A stretch of 64,000 nucleotides of DNA. Origin: Podarcis liolepis (lineage: Eukaryota). Made by a program: the position numbers and the translations under genes. The stretch lies in assembly GCA_965112155.1 (NCBI GenBank), contig OZ218103.1; one strand, written 5' to 3'. Within the stretch, counting starts at the first letter, position 1; every line of letters begins with the position of its first letter. Positions 24,261 to 38,004 of the stretch are shown one piece after another. The notes under the pieces are model-generated. The model saw nothing but the letters and a program-made list of their open reading frames with translations. It ran no database searches and was not told the DNA's origin.

Positions 24261-24860
24261 TGTGCTGGTTATTGATCCTGATCGCTGTTTCTAGAGTTGT
24301 CATGTTAACAGTGGGGCACCGAGGACACCTCCGTAACCCATGGGTGGATGAAACCCATGGGAAGGCCATCTACACTGGTGTTACCTCTGTGTGGCATTTG
24401 CCTCCTAGGATGGGTCATAAGGAAAGGGTTAAAATGGGTGTGATGTGATTGGCCAGTGAGAATACAAGGGGGGAGTAAAAGTTAGAGTGGGAGGTTTTGA
24501 AAGTTGGTTGAGGTTTGGGGAGTTGAAGAAAGAAGAGGGAGGTTTAGGTGTGGGTTGGTAGAGTTGTATTGTGAGAGAGTGAGAGGAATTGTTAGGTGGA
24601 GTCAGATAGATAGTTGGAATAATCAGTTTGGAGTTGTTAGGAACTAAGAATAAGAAACTGACAAGAGAAAAATTAACTGAAACCATAAGCTTGTTCCTGC
24701 ATTTTAAAATAAACTTGATTATTTGTTTATGTTAACAACTGACTGGACTCCGTGTGTCCCCGTGAGAAGCGGGGTGGTGGCAGCGGAAAAAGCAATCGCA
24801 GTGGCGGCACAGGGTCAATAGACCATCAAACGTCCGGGGGCCCTGTGTGTGATCTCCACA
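24261..24860 (+). mobile_element. Solo LTR (probably Gypsy/Ty3-like)
   Basis: 600 bp bounded by TGTG...CACA. 4-bp flanks CTTT/CTCT. ATTGG box near 24448, G/A-rich strand bias, AATAAA near 24708. Confidence 0.6.
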
Positions 24861-27800
24861 CTCTGTAACTTTGAACATGCTGTACTGTCAAGGATGTTCC
24901 AGTAGTCTTGGGCACATTATGTAGGAAAGACAAAGGCTGTAAAAGTGGTTCACTGGATAAAAGTGCAAGCGGAGTGAAAAATCAGATGGGGGGCATCACA
25001 CTTTCCTGGTAAGAGTTTCTTCTCGTGTTCTAACCCTTTGCGTTGTGGCATTCAGAGCCATTCTCCTGGTTTAGGATTCAGCAGTACCTTTCACGAAGGC
25101 ATGCTCCTCTGGAAGAGCTCTGTGTGGTGTTCTCAGGTCCATTAAAGCTGGCAGCTGCAGTTTTCCAGCATGAGAGGGTTTTGTGGTTTTGTGTTTGTTC
25201 TCTTCGCCGGGGCAGCTGCTCAGGAGCCTGGCGGAAGAGAGGGATTCAGATAATCAATGTGACAGGGAGATGTAAATCTGTTCAGTTACATTAAATATCC
25301 CTCTTCCTCGCTTGTTTACGTTGGCAACCGTACAGATCTTCTTTGGCTTTGGACAGCTAGGCGCCTCCAATGAGATCGGTCCAAAGGCAGTGCTCCATTC
25401 CCTTCTTTGGGCATCCATCATCTATGGGTGGGTGCTGGGCAACAGAAGAGACACTTGTTTCCAAAGTGCAAGTACCTTCTCTTTCTATTAAGAATACAGC
25501 AGAATGCTTTTGTGGGAGATTCTCTTTGCAGTGGTGCTGGCTTCCCTGAAACAAACCCGAGAAACTAAGCTCTAATCTGGGACTCAACCTCATGTGAGGT
25601 GTAGATTCTGGTTGTGGCCACCTTTTTGGATAAAAAGGAGCTGAAGTTGGAAGCACCTTTGCACAACTTTGCTCTCCACAACGTGACTTTCAGTTCTTCC
25701 CCTTTGATCCAGGGATGAGGAACCTGCAGCCATCGCGGATTCCACCTCCCATCAGCCCCAGCCAGGATGGCCAATAGTCAGGGATGATGGGAGTTGTAGT
25801 CCAGCAGTGTCTGGAGGGACCATAAGTTTCCCACCCCTGCTTTAATCCAAAAGGGCAGACATTCTTCAGCAAGAAAATGAGTCCTGTGTTTCCATGTTGA
25901 ACCATGACGTTGCCTGGAATCAATATGCTTAAAATCTAAGCAGAAGTTTGTAAATTACGGTACGTGGTTAGTCAAGTCTCCTCCAGTTTTACCTAGAGAA
26001 CCAGGGCTTGTAGCAGAGTCTAGAGCAACATTAATTTCAACTGTACAACTATTTTCTCATTGTACACAGGAATTGATGTGTACTGAATTTTCTAACAGCG
26101 CCTATTTTATCAGGAACAATACAGCCTGATTTGCTCAGAAACTGGCTCTCACACGCTGACTGAATACTGAATGTTGAGATGTGCTATAAATGTGCATTGC
26201 AAAACTTTTGCGGGAAACACACATTTTACAGTCAGTATGGAAAAGGCTTGCCCGCTGTTACTATAGTAAAAAGCCTTCATTCGTTTAATATAAGCAGGTT
26301 TAGCTATTTTCCTTGAAGGGCATGTTGGGCAGCCCCTGTAAACTGGAGACTGAAAGGTTGGGTTATCCCAGGGAAGGGGGATGCTGCAAGAATCAGGCAC
26401 GTGGGGTTTAAAATGTGAAGTTAGTTGCTGATGCCACTCAGATTGGCCTATCCAGTATTCACATGGCCATTTGGAACTCCTGGCTGGATATCTCTCCTTC
26501 CAGTCTACAGCTTGTTTATGGAGGGATTTTCCTGGATCTGCAGTATTTTTGACTTTATAATCATTGGTAATTACAGTCCTGTACTTTCCACTGAGCTGGC
26601 TTGCGCCTGTCGTGCAGAATCCCGACTCTACCCACAAGCAGGCCTCCCCTGCCCTCTTGGAAGGATCCCTCCCCTGGCCTCCCTCTCAAAGCCAGGTCAC
26701 TGCTCATCTTTTCCATCCACTGACTCCGTCCCCTCAGCAACAGGCAGGCAGCTGTGCTAACAGCTCCAGCGTGTGCCGTGGCGCAAGGTGCAGGCCCCAG
26801 CCAGGTGGGCTGAAATTCCACATTGCTTTTGTGCTAAATATACAGCGCAGGAGTCAGGCTGGCAGGAAATGCATCTAAGCAGCACCATAGAAACCAAACT
26901 ATTTGATCCCTCTATCCACCTGCCATCTGGGTATGAGACAAGATGTCAGCAAATATAAACAAACAGCCAGTGGTAAGGAGGGCAAGTAGCCAAAGACTGA
27001 ACTGGTTATATATAGCCATGGCTCTGGTGTTCGCATGCCTGTCTGCAGAAGTGCCAGCGCCTTTCCCATCTTTCATAACTTTCACGGCTGATCTAAACAG
27101 GGGCATACATAGAGTTGCTACCCATTCACAATTCTTGTAGGCTGTTCATGCTTCAGTAACAACGGAGACTCTCGTGATACTTTTGAAGACTTACAGAGTT
27201 ATGCAGCAATCCTGTATACACTTATCTGCAAATAAGTCCCTTTGAACCTGCAGGATAGCTCCGTCAGTAGAGCGCAAGACTCTGAATCTCCTGGTCATGG
27301 GTTCAAAACCCGCTTTGGGCAAAAAGCAGGGGGTTGGACTACTTGAGCCACATGGCCCCTTCCAACTGAACAGTTCTATGGTTCTATTCTTCTAAATATG
27401 ATTGACTTCTGCATGAATGTGCACAGGATTGCAATGTGATCATGGTATAAGATTTTTAATTTTTTTTGTGGCCCACTGCTCAGCTGTATCATTTGGCAGG
27501 CCTGCACACACACATGCAGGTACAGACTGGTAGGGAGTGTAGAGAAGTCAAGCTGCCAGAAAATCAAGAAGCAGCCGTAGATCTTTCATGTTCCTATGCA
27601 CAGCCAAAATGTGTGCAAATGTAACAATAGCCACCCATTCGCTGCCATAGGAGCTTTATTTAACATATTTGGAAAGAAACTCCCAATCCTGATGAAGTCC
27701 AGATTTAATAATATCAAACCTGCTGATAAACCCCCATAATTAAACAGTGCCACCTGATGTCATAGCTATGCTGGTGTACATTGAATAGCTGGACTGCTCA

Positions 27801-28032
27801 TAAATTGCAAGGTTAAAAGGTGACAGCTCTAGGTTTACAGTGGAAGCTATTTGAGAAGAACAAGGGGGTTCTTATCCTGCTCATATACGGTAAGTGCTTG
27901 AATAGGTTATTTGGGTTATCTTGTTGCAACTCCATGCTTAGAAATGTTCTGCCCTCTAGCATTCAGCAGAAGCCTGTTCTGCATGCCCCTGGTCATCTTC
28001 TGTCCCTTATCCTATTATATATAGATGTGCCG

Positions 28033-28601
28033 TGTTGTTGTTTAGTCATTTAGTCATGTCCGACTCTTCGTGACCCCATGGACCAGAGCACGCCAGGCAC
28101 CCCTGTCTTCCACTGCCTCCCGCAGTTTGGTCAAACTCATGCTGGTAGCTTTGAGAACACCATCCAACCATCTCATCCTCTGTCGTCCCCTTCTCCTTGT
28201 GCCCTTCATCTTTCCCAACATCAGGGTCTTTTCCAGGGAGTCTTCTCTTCTCATGAGGTGGCCAAAGTATTGGAGCCTCGGCTTCAGGATCTGTCCTTCC
28301 AGTGAGCACTCAGAGCTGATTTCCCTAAGAATGGATAGGTTTGATCTTCTTGCAGTCCATGGGACTCTCAAGAGTCTCCTCCAGCACCATAATTCAAAAG
28401 CATCAATTCTTCAGCGATCAGCCTTCTTTATGGTCCAGCTCTCACTTCCATACATCACTACTAGGAAAACCATGGCTTTAACTATACGGACCTTTGTTGG
28501 CAAGGTGATGTCTCTGCTTTTTAAGATGCTGTCTAGGTTTGTCATTGCTTTTCTCCCAAGAAGCAGGCGTCTTTTAATTTCGTGGCTGCTGTCACCATCC
28601 G
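28033..28601 (-). mobile_element. Bov-B (RTE clade LINE) 3' fragment
   Basis: Minus-strand peptide RVPWTARRSNLSILREIS...LQYFGHLMRREDSLEKTLMLGK...RGRQRMRWLD is the Bov-B ORF C-terminus. (CAA)n tail present. Confidence 0.93.
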
Positions 28602-29991
28602 TAGGGTGTGCTTAATTGCCGAAATGAGAGAGGTGCCTGGAAGTCATGCCCATTTCTGTAGATTTTCTGCAGGTTAGAGAGAAGTAGCTGTGATTTGTTT
28701 AGTGGTGAAGAAGGGAAGGGAAGATACTCTGCGCATACCCAGAAGCACCTCCTGTCTTATTATTGTTGCGTGTGTTTCAGGGTCAAGCACTGGTATGTGA
28801 GTTCAGGTGTCTTCCCGTTACCTCATTGGTGCGTATAACTGATTTCCAATCTGTTCGGGAAATAGAGTAGCCCTGACGGTTACCTTTAACACACAAGAAG
28901 CAGGGCATGAAAAAGTGCTTAAAGGCAAAGGACAACTTGTGCAAGAAATAGCTGATATAGATGGGAAATCAGCAGAGAAGGGGCATTAGGTAATACAAAG
29001 TTGGGTAATGGGATAAACAGTGTCAAATCAGCTCCTAGCATTAATCAAACAAGGGCTGGATTTGAAGATGCTTTTGTTTCAGTGTGATTTTCAGCATGCA
29101 CACAACAATTCTCCTTATCCAGGTGGCAGCCTGCACCTCCCCCCTGCTAAATTAGGATTTTCCCAGTCTCTGAATAATCTGAAGAGGAAAGAAAACCCAA
29201 TATTAAATTGCATATTGGACACATTGTGTGGCCAGATTTTTTCACATATGTTGTAACATTTCGCTGGGTGCCATTTATCATCATGCCCCCTACTTCCATT
29301 TTGCATGTTTATGGCATTTATTTATTTATTTATTTATTTATTTATTTTAAAGACTCTTTTATGCAGAACTGCTCTTTTATAAAACAGCTGCATTAAAAAT
29401 TAAAATAAAATTTGCCCTTGCAGGTACATGAGGTGGGGAAGGAAAATGGGAGGAAAGGAAGCAGCAGCCTTTCATGTGAGTGACTCCAAATCCTTGCCTG
29501 GCTTAGAGCAACACACACATACTTTAATTATTATGTTTGACCGCTCTTTTGTGCAAATAATGAAAAACTTGTAATAAAAAAATATAAAAGGTGCCTACAC
29601 GCAGTAAATTGACGTCAGGTTTCCTGGCTTGGAGTGGCACACACATGTTTAAAAATTACTTTTGATCGCTCTTTTGTGCAAAACTGGCCGATTGAAATCT
29701 TGTATTACAAAAATAAAAGAATTTTCTGTGCCTACAATGGAACTCAAGTTTCCAGGACTTATGGTGGGCAAAAAAGCACGAATTGAAGGGAGGGGTACCA
29801 AATACATCCCATCAAGCCCTGCTCACTTGTGTAGCCAGGAAACAATGAGATAGATTTTTGGAGGTCCTGTTTAGAGGAAGGCACATATATAGAAATCATG
29901 ATCTACATACACATTAACACCCTAGTTAATGTGCAGATTTCCAGTGGATGCCAGATTCCACCTCTGGTTCTCTTTCTACCTCTTTTTGCTT

Positions 29992-30041
<50 letters not shown>

Positions 30042-30111
30042 ATATCATACAAGACATCTGGCAATATCCTCTCTTTCATAAATATCCTTTCTCAGTACAT
30101 GAGACTTGTGG

Positions 30112-30112
<1 letters not shown>

Positions 30113-30160
<48 letters not shown>
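30113..30160. repeat. (TAA)n microsatellite
   Basis: Seen directly. Confidence 0.95.
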
Positions 30161-30163
<3 letters not shown>

Positions 30164-30634
30164 TGTCTGCTCAGAAGTAAGCCCCAATGGGTTTAGTAGG
30201 ACATAACCCCAAGTGGTGTGTTTTGTTATAAGGAGGATGTGATAGCTATAACTGAGGCAAAGAGATCCATCAGTGTAGCAGAGGGATGGGGAAAATAGCC
30301 CTGGCTGGTAGTTCAATGGATGGGTTTGGTGTTCTCCTTATTTTGGCAATGGTAGGAGTCATTGAAATGAAAGTTCTAGGCCCATGATCCAGTGTTTCTA
30401 GTCTACCTAAACATTCAGTGTCACTGGCACCTAGAGTACTTCCATTAAACCTGGATTGCTGGAGGCGTGGAGAGAGAAGGAACGTTTCTGGTCAAGGAGA
30501 AGGGGGAAGGCACTATACATAAATCTGAGACCCACTCTAATAAATTCAATACTTTCTGCTGTAACTGAAATATAGGGAGCATAAGTGGTTCATCCTCACA
30601 ATTTTTCTAGCCTCCCTTCCCTCTTTGTATAGGC

Positions 30635-30769
30635 CAGGCTTCCTCAACCTGGTCCTCCAGATGTTTTTGGCCTACAACTCCCATGTTCCCTAGCTAGCAG
30701 GACCAGTGGTCAGGGATGATGGGAATTGTAGTCTCAAAACATCTGGAGGACCGAGGTTGAGGAAGCCTG
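30635..30769. mobile_element. Palindromic hAT MITE (more degraded copies near 3380-3480, 25710-25840 and 60680-60815)
   Basis: TIR CAGGCTTCCTCAACCT...AGGTTGAGGAAGCCTG. TSD GTATAGGC/GTGTAGGC. Confidence 0.87.
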
Positions 30770-31289
30770 GTGTAGGCTACTCATTTAATGTGGCAGGAAC
30801 ACTCCTGCTGAGCTTTTTTCCCTTATCATTTGTGGGTGCTGAATTTGCTGTGGCCAGAACATCTGTGAGTGGCGAGCCTGTTGTTTGTTTCAGAGAAGCC
30901 CTAATGAGACAGCTTCTGCTTTTCAAGGTATGAAGTCATGTCTGCCCTGGAAGGATACAAGGAGGTTTCCTCCATAGGGTTAGCACAGCACAGTTGCAGA
31001 AAGAGCAGGTTGCATCTTGCTCCCTGGTGTCCAGTTGAAAGCACCTGCTCAAATCCTGTCCTTGCAAACAGCAAGAGCTGAATAAAAACTGATGCCCAAG
31101 CCAGAAAGAAAGCCAGAACTGATTATTATATCATGCGCACAATTCACTACAAATAGAAAATGTGGGTCGGGAGAAGGGGGAACGTGCTGCATGATGCGCC
31201 ACATCAGTTCTAGGATAGAAATAGGCAGGGAGTGAGAAATCATGCCATGCTAAATACTGTTTTAATAAAAAAAGAGGTTGGTGAAGGTA

Positions 31290-31620
31290 GAACATTGCCA
31301 ACATGGTTAATAGCCATCGATAATCCTGCCCTCCATGAATTTGTCTTATTCTATTTGAAAGCCATCCAAGTTGGTGGCCATCACTTCTTCCTGTGGCAGT
31401 GAGTTCCACTGTTTAACTATTCACTGTGTGAAGAAGTATTTCCTCTTATCTGTCCTGAATCTTCCAACATTCAGCCTCACTGGGTGTCCACACGCCTGAT
31501 GTTATGAGAGAGGGAGAAAATTTTCTCTTTCTTGACTTTCTTTGTACCCTGCATAATTTTATAAACTTCTATCATGTCGCTTCTTACTTACCTTTGCTCT
31601 AAGCTAAAAAGTTCCAAATA
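31290..31620 (-). mobile_element. CR1 LINE 3' fragment
   Basis: Minus strand reads WNSLPQEEVMATNLDGF..DKFME, a degraded CR1 ORF2 C-terminus. Confidence 0.75.
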
Positions 31621-33032
31621 CTTTTTTTAAAATGACAGATGAGAAAAACATAATCATGGAACATGTACCTTGAGAGAAAAATCCTTCCCTACCCTATAAG
31701 ACCATTTTGTTTTGGAAAGCTGTCATATGAACACATACACTAAGATTGCCTAATGATAATGATTTGTGAGACTGCTCCTCAGCCTCAGTTTCCCCCCCCC
31801 CCTGTCTGTCAGATATGAATAACTCTCAATTCTAAGGTTGTTTGGGGGACTGAAAACCCCACAAAGTGTCAAAATGCTTTTGTATAGCACATTTAATGTA
31901 CCGCGATCAATATTCAGGCGGATTTTTGAGCAAAGGGTCATTGCTGCAGAAGGTATGAGATTTGTGCCTAGTTTCTTGTGTCAGTAACTTTGCACCTGTG
32001 TAATGTGATCTGCAGTGCAGGAGGTGATAATGGATTACATTCAAATCTGCCTCTGTGCCTCAGCTTCAGCTTCCATTACTTGTTTTGCACCTGCTTTCAG
32101 GAATTCCCCCGTGGAATTTACAGGCAAGCAGCACTAAAGGGACGAGCCACTCTGTTGTTTTAGCATTAAGAGCCAGCTGCCTTAGATTTCTGTAGGGAAT
32201 TGCACAGCTCCAGTAACAAGTATTTCACATAAACAGAAGCAGCAGCTGAGAATATGAGAATAGCCTGAAATGGGGAGTGTGGGCCATTGGTCAGGACATG
32301 GCTTCAGTTTCATACATTATCTGGGTTTTGATGATGTTGTCCACACTATAGCCAGTACAAAGCTCCGATTTGTCTTATGCAGTGATTATGAAGTCTCCCA
32401 TAGTCCTTGAAGTTTTATTCTCTTTTTAGTGTTCTGTTGGGAGCCGCTCAGAGTGTCTGGGGAAACCCAGCCAGAAGGGCGGGGTATAAATAATAAAATT
32501 ATTATTATTATTATTATTATTATTACTCACCAAAGCCTAAGCTAATGCTGTTTTTACATGTACAATGGCTATTCCATACAAAAAGGGGTTTCCAGTTCCA
32601 ACTGTTCCCTGTGTCTTTGTTGATGATTTCTTCTATTATAGGGTTAGTAATTGGTGTGCTTATTACACCGCAGTTTTTATATCTCTATCAAATTACATTT
32701 TAATTTGAGCAAAACAGAACACTAATTATTACCACTGCTAAAGAACAAAAACATGTACGTAAAAGCCAAAAGGCACGTGTGCTTGTGTGTTGGAGGGTTG
32801 GGGAGTTGTTTTAGATATTAAAACACTTTGGCAAGAGTTTGTCACTTTCCTAGGCACATAAAACCCATGAAGAAATGTGTGCATGTTATGCCAAAATGAT
32901 ACAAAGTAATGAGTGGTTGTAAAACACATAAATACACACAAACCGGGTGGAAAATAGGTTTGCCCCATCTGCAGTAACTTGGGAAGAACAATACAATTGT
33001 GGTGGGAGAGAGAGAATCTTTGGTGGTATAAC

Positions 33033-33160
33033 CAGTGCTTTTTTCTGGGGGGACGCATACCCCAAATATTTTGTGAATCTAAGTTTGGCCTCATTGAGGA
33101 GCAGTATTTCAATATGAGTAGGAAACTTAGAGTACCCCTAAACATTTTTTTTAAGCACTG
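33033..33160 (+). mobile_element. hAT MITE, family C
   Basis: CAGTGCTT...AAGCACTG with a perfect 8-bp TSD GGTATAAC. Confidence 0.88.
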
Positions 33161-33175
33161 GGTATAACCACTATA

Positions 33176-33400
33176 CAGTGCTACCTCGAGTTACAAATGC
33201 CTCAGGTTACAAACTCCGCTAACCTGGAAGAGTTACCTCGAGTTGAGAACTTTGCTGCAGGATGAGAACGGAAATCGTGTGCCGGCAGCACAGCGGCAGC
33301 AAGAGGCCCCATTAACGAAAGCACGCCTCTAGTTAAGAACAGTTTCAGGTTAAGAACGGACCTCCAGAATGAATTAAGTTCGTAACTAGAGGTACCACTG
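33176..33400 (+). mobile_element. Tc1/mariner MITE, family A
   Basis: CAGTGCTACCTCGAGTTAC...GTAACTAGAGGTACCACTG with TA TSD. Internal sequence is homologous to 2327-2568. Confidence 0.9.
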
Positions 33401-35326
33401 TAGTCGGTAAGTTAGCTCCAGGGCTGGCATGATTGTCTCCGATCCTGGGATCTTTCAGAAGAACAGGAGGAATTTGAGTCCGTACCTCTTCTGATATGCC
33501 CCTCCCAGCACCCTCTTTTAACCCTCTCCTGTTTCAGAGCCCTAACTAGGGATGGGCAATGGTGGTAGTCCTTTCTGCAGTGTCTAGGAGGTGGCCTCTG
33601 GTAGCACACCTCCCTCTTCACCCACTGGGAGGGGATCCATAAAGTCCTAGGCCCCTGGTACACTCCCCCAGGAGCTATAGGATTGTGCCCTGAAAAAGTT
33701 TCATAAAATAAATTTATTTTTCAAGAAAAAGAGAACATATGTTAGATAACAAAACCAAGTTGTTTCAGTGCATTTCATTTGCCTGCCTGTGCTAAATCTC
33801 CCCCCGTATGATTTTTGTTACTTTCTATTCCAGCATTGTCAATGGTTCCCCCCCCCTCCCCTTAATGACTCAGAAATAGATGCACAAGAGTCCATTTTCC
33901 TGTATTTAGTCCAGACAGATTTTGTGGCCGCTAACAGCATTTTCTCTCCATTACATTTAACAGGATTCAAGGCACCAAATTTACTACATGGCAAAACAAA
34001 ACAAAAAACAAGTAGTCATTTAAAAGATAGACACGCAGTATTGCTGAGCTTTTACACCCACAGTGACTAACTCCAAGCTCATGAGCCTGAACCGGCCCGC
34101 AGGCAAATGCTACTGAATCTGACACCATAAGTTTTGGCAGCAGTAGTAGAAAGAGGGATGGAGGCAATAGACACAGAATTGAGTGGAGTCCAATGCTTTG
34201 CTGGGAATACAAATGGCCTCTTCCCCAGCCATCGTGTTCATTATTAGCTGAAAGGAGAGGGGATAACCCTCCTTCCTTGACTGAACAGTGTGGATCAGCT
34301 GAGGTGAGGGCCTGGCTGTTTCTGTGTGCCCTGAGTGTGAATGTGTGTAAGGGAGAGTGTACGATTCGTGGGAGCACACCCATTTTTGGTCACATCCAAC
34401 ATGGGCTGATGGGACCACTAGCACCGAACACACCCCAGCATTGGCCAAGGTTGAATGTGGCCTTTGGCCAAAACAGGCGAGCTATCCCTGTTTTCCACAG
34501 TTCCATCATGGATGAAAGAAATCAGTCCCAGCATCCTGACGTGTTTAATATTAAAAAATGATAGTATGGTGTACCCTCTTAATGTTTTGCTACGGTCAGA
34601 GACCATCAAGCAGCACTTAACTCTGAGCTACTCATTTGTATCACTATGTCTCGGGGATACCAGGGCTTGTTCTTTTATCCATTTTCATTTTCTTTTCTTT
34701 TTAAATAATATTTATTAAGTTTTCCAATTTAACAATCCAATAAAAGCCACATTAAAAACATTCCAAATTATAAAATAATCAAACCAAATATTATGCCAAA
34801 TTATAAATCTTTGTTTGGCTTCCTATGCTCTGAGATTCTAATTATCTGATAGATATGAATGCCCTTGTCATTATGTCATCATTTTCATGAGAGTCGGCCC
34901 TTGGCTCCAGTTTCCACCTCTGTTCATTTTTTCACAAGGATGCAAAGGTTGTAATCACACATTTGGAAATAAAGGGATTGCAGCTGAAACTACTGGGGAT
35001 AAAGTGGCTGGTGACCAGCCAGGATTTCTTTAAAAATCCAAAATGGTGAGGGAAATAGATACTTGCAATCAAATATTTGTATGCAAACAGCCTCTTTTGT
35101 CCCTACAGAGAAAAGTCACCAAGATTATTTAGATTAAAGGATTTGTGTCAAGTGGCAGATGCCATAATCTTTATACATGACCTGCTTGAAGTTTTTTGCA
35201 TTTCTGCCTGAGTCGTCTTTCCATCTGGTTTCATTCTGTTAAAAGTCACTAAATGGTTCCGCTGTGAAAGAGAGCAACAGTGGAAAGAGACAACAGATCA
35301 GCCATGTGGCTTTAAAAATCTAAATT

Positions 35327-35452
35327 CGGGGCTTTTTTTCAGCCGGAACTCAGTTCCGACACCTCTCAGGTGGGCGCCATTGCCATTATAGTAGAACAAG
35401 GAAGGTGTTCATAGTGAGTTCTGACATCTCTTTTTCTAGAAAAATAGCACTG
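35327..35452. mobile_element. hAT MITE
   Basis: CGGGGCTTTTTTT...AAAAATAGCACTG with a perfect 8-bp TSD TCTAAATT. Confidence 0.8.
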
Positions 35453-35699
35453 TCTAAATTCATTCATCAAATTACATAGAGGGTTTATTAACTGGTATAT
35501 ATAATTTCATTGCATTTCTTGAGGTTTTGCCCAAAGGCAGGGACTTTAAACATATCAGACCACTCTTTCCTGGTCCAGGACTTTAGCAGCACCCCTGACC
35601 GGGGTCATTACTTTGTGTAATTCTGAGCCAGGAACCCATCTGATTATAAGCCATGCAGAGAACTCGCTTCTGATTTGATGGTGCAAAATAAACTCTGTC

Positions 35700-35908
35700 T
35701 CTGCTCCTCCACATGCAGCTGCTGGGTGACCTTGGGCCAGTCACACTTCTCTGAAGTCTCTCAGCCCCACTCACCTCACAGAGTGTTTGTTGTGAGGGAG
35801 GAAGGGAAAGGAGAATGCTGGCCGCTTTGAGACTCCTTCGGGTAGTGATAAAGCGGGATATCAAATCCAAACTCTTCTTCTTCATCATCATCATCATCAT
35901 CATCATCA
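35700..35908 (+). mobile_element. MIR-like (CORE) SINE 3' part with (CTT)/(CAT) tail
   Basis: GCTGGGTGACCTTGGGCCAGTCAC CORE-like motif, CTCAGCCCCACTCACCTCACAG and a microsatellite tail. Confidence 0.7.
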
Positions 35909-37763
35909 TAGGAAGTTGCTTATGCTGAGGCCGGCCATTTGTCCATGTAGCTTAGTACTGTCTGCACCAATTGCATACAGAAATCCAGGGTTCAGTCGAG
36001 AGTCTTCCCAATTCTACCTGGAGATGTTAGGGACCCTTGGCATGCCCAGCACATGCTCTAGTACTTAGGTGAGACCTGCCCCCAAACTTGCTTGCAATCT
36101 GGTTTCTCCACCAACATAACTTCTGCCTTCCTAGATTCAGTTCCAGCCTGGAAAAGTGAATACTCTGCGCATTATGTCTCATGCACACAATGATTAAGCA
36201 CCATTATAGCTGCCAGTGTCTGTTCTTCTACTTTCCCATAATGGAGAGAAGGGCTTCTTTTCAACTTTCTGCTGCTGTGTGGAGGCCATTCCATGTTGTG
36301 TTTATCACCTGGTGACATTTTCATATGAAGCAGCTCACCACAGGGATCATACAGTTTTTTCCACTAAGTTACTTCATGCATCATAAAAGATTTGTGGCAG
36401 CAGGGTGAAATCACCTGCTCTGAGTGTCTTGCTATGCAAATCAGGCCATTTTCACTATGTCTTTCTGCACCACATTGAGTAATTTAAATTAAACCAGTCC
36501 TCAGTAAGGGCACAAAAGTTCTTCAGAGAACAATAAAGAAACCCCTCAAATCCATTTTAATCCTCTGTTTTCTCTAGTTTAACATACAGTGAAGCATGGT
36601 GCCTACTACAGATACTGCGGTCTGTTTTTTTGGAAGCGTTGCATTCCAAATCCTAAATCATTTGTTAGGATAAATGTACAGCAGTAACAGAGTAAGCATT
36701 TGCACAATATTTTATTATCATTGTGGATTGTGTTCTGATTCCATAAAAGCTTCCAAATGCTATTGCAGTAAAAATAAGAGAGTGGAAAATTGAATTTCAC
36801 TGATGAGGAGTTATGAGAAGAGAAAGGAAGGGTGGACAATTGTCTAATTACTGTTTGTAATTATCTTGAACCATTTACTTCCTGAGTTGTAATTCAAATG
36901 GGAGGAGACTTAATTTCTTCTTAATATCTGGCTAAGTAGACTTGTCACTGGGAACCTTATTTATGGCTCTGAACATGACCAATATTCTTGATAATTAACC
37001 CTGAAAAATTACTCAGTAAAAAGAGGAAGTTTGTTGCTGAGACAAATATTCCAAGATACTGGTCCCAGTTCTCTATTCTACATTACCGGCTCCCTGCAAA
37101 CCTTAGCTTCACGGCACTGCCATGAAAAAACACCAATATATAAAATCACAATTAAAACAGGCACAGAACAATCAATACGGTTATGCTGAATCTTTATGGC
37201 TGTCTTGATTGTTCGTGTCTATTTTCACTGTACTCTATTGTCATTTTTATTGAGTGATATAATGACAGCTTTACTGAAATTTCTTTGGGGTAGAGCAATC
37301 CAAACCCTCCTTCTACCAGTGTGTGTGTTGCATTGCACAGAGGTCTCCCTCCACCCAGCTCTCCCTACAAATCTGACCTCCTGCCAGCTCCGTGCGGTCC
37401 AAGCTGCCCACCCTCTTGTGGGTGGGGAGGGCATGATACTCAGCCTGCCTGGGATCCTAAGCTTGTCTCACTATGGCAGTGGCATCGGGCCTGATCACTG
37501 AGCCAACCAGGAGCTGATACAGCAGTTGGGTCTGGCCTGCCCCTTCCCACATTCCGCTGTGACCACCATGAGTGGCAGGGCTGTGGCTGTGACCCCATGA
37601 CTCTGCAAAGCCCCATTGGCAAGGAGGTGGGAACTATATTTCTCATGCTTCCAGGTGCCTAATGGGGTTGGGGGGAAAGTCAGAACAGATTTAAGGGGTG
37701 CACAGGGGGGAGAGGTAGAGCTCAGTTGCATGAGCAGAATCCTTGAGCTGACAGAATGAAATA

Positions 37764-38004
37764 CAGTAGTACCTCGGTTTAAGAACAGTCCTGTTTATGA
37801 ACAATTCAGTTTACATACTCCACAAAACCAGAAGTAGTGTCCCAGTTTGCGATCTTTACGTCAGTCTATGAATGGAATCCGAACAGTGGAAGGGCACTGG
37901 CAGCGGGAGGCCTCATTAGGGAAAGCACACCTCAGTTTAAGAACGGTTTCGGTTTAAGAATGGACTTCCAGAATGGATTATGTTCGTAAACCGAGGTACC
38001 ACTG
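37764..38004 (+). mobile_element. Tc1/mariner MITE, family A-related
   Basis: CAGTAGTACCTCGGTTTA...TAAACCGAGGTACCACTG with TA TSD. Confidence 0.88.
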
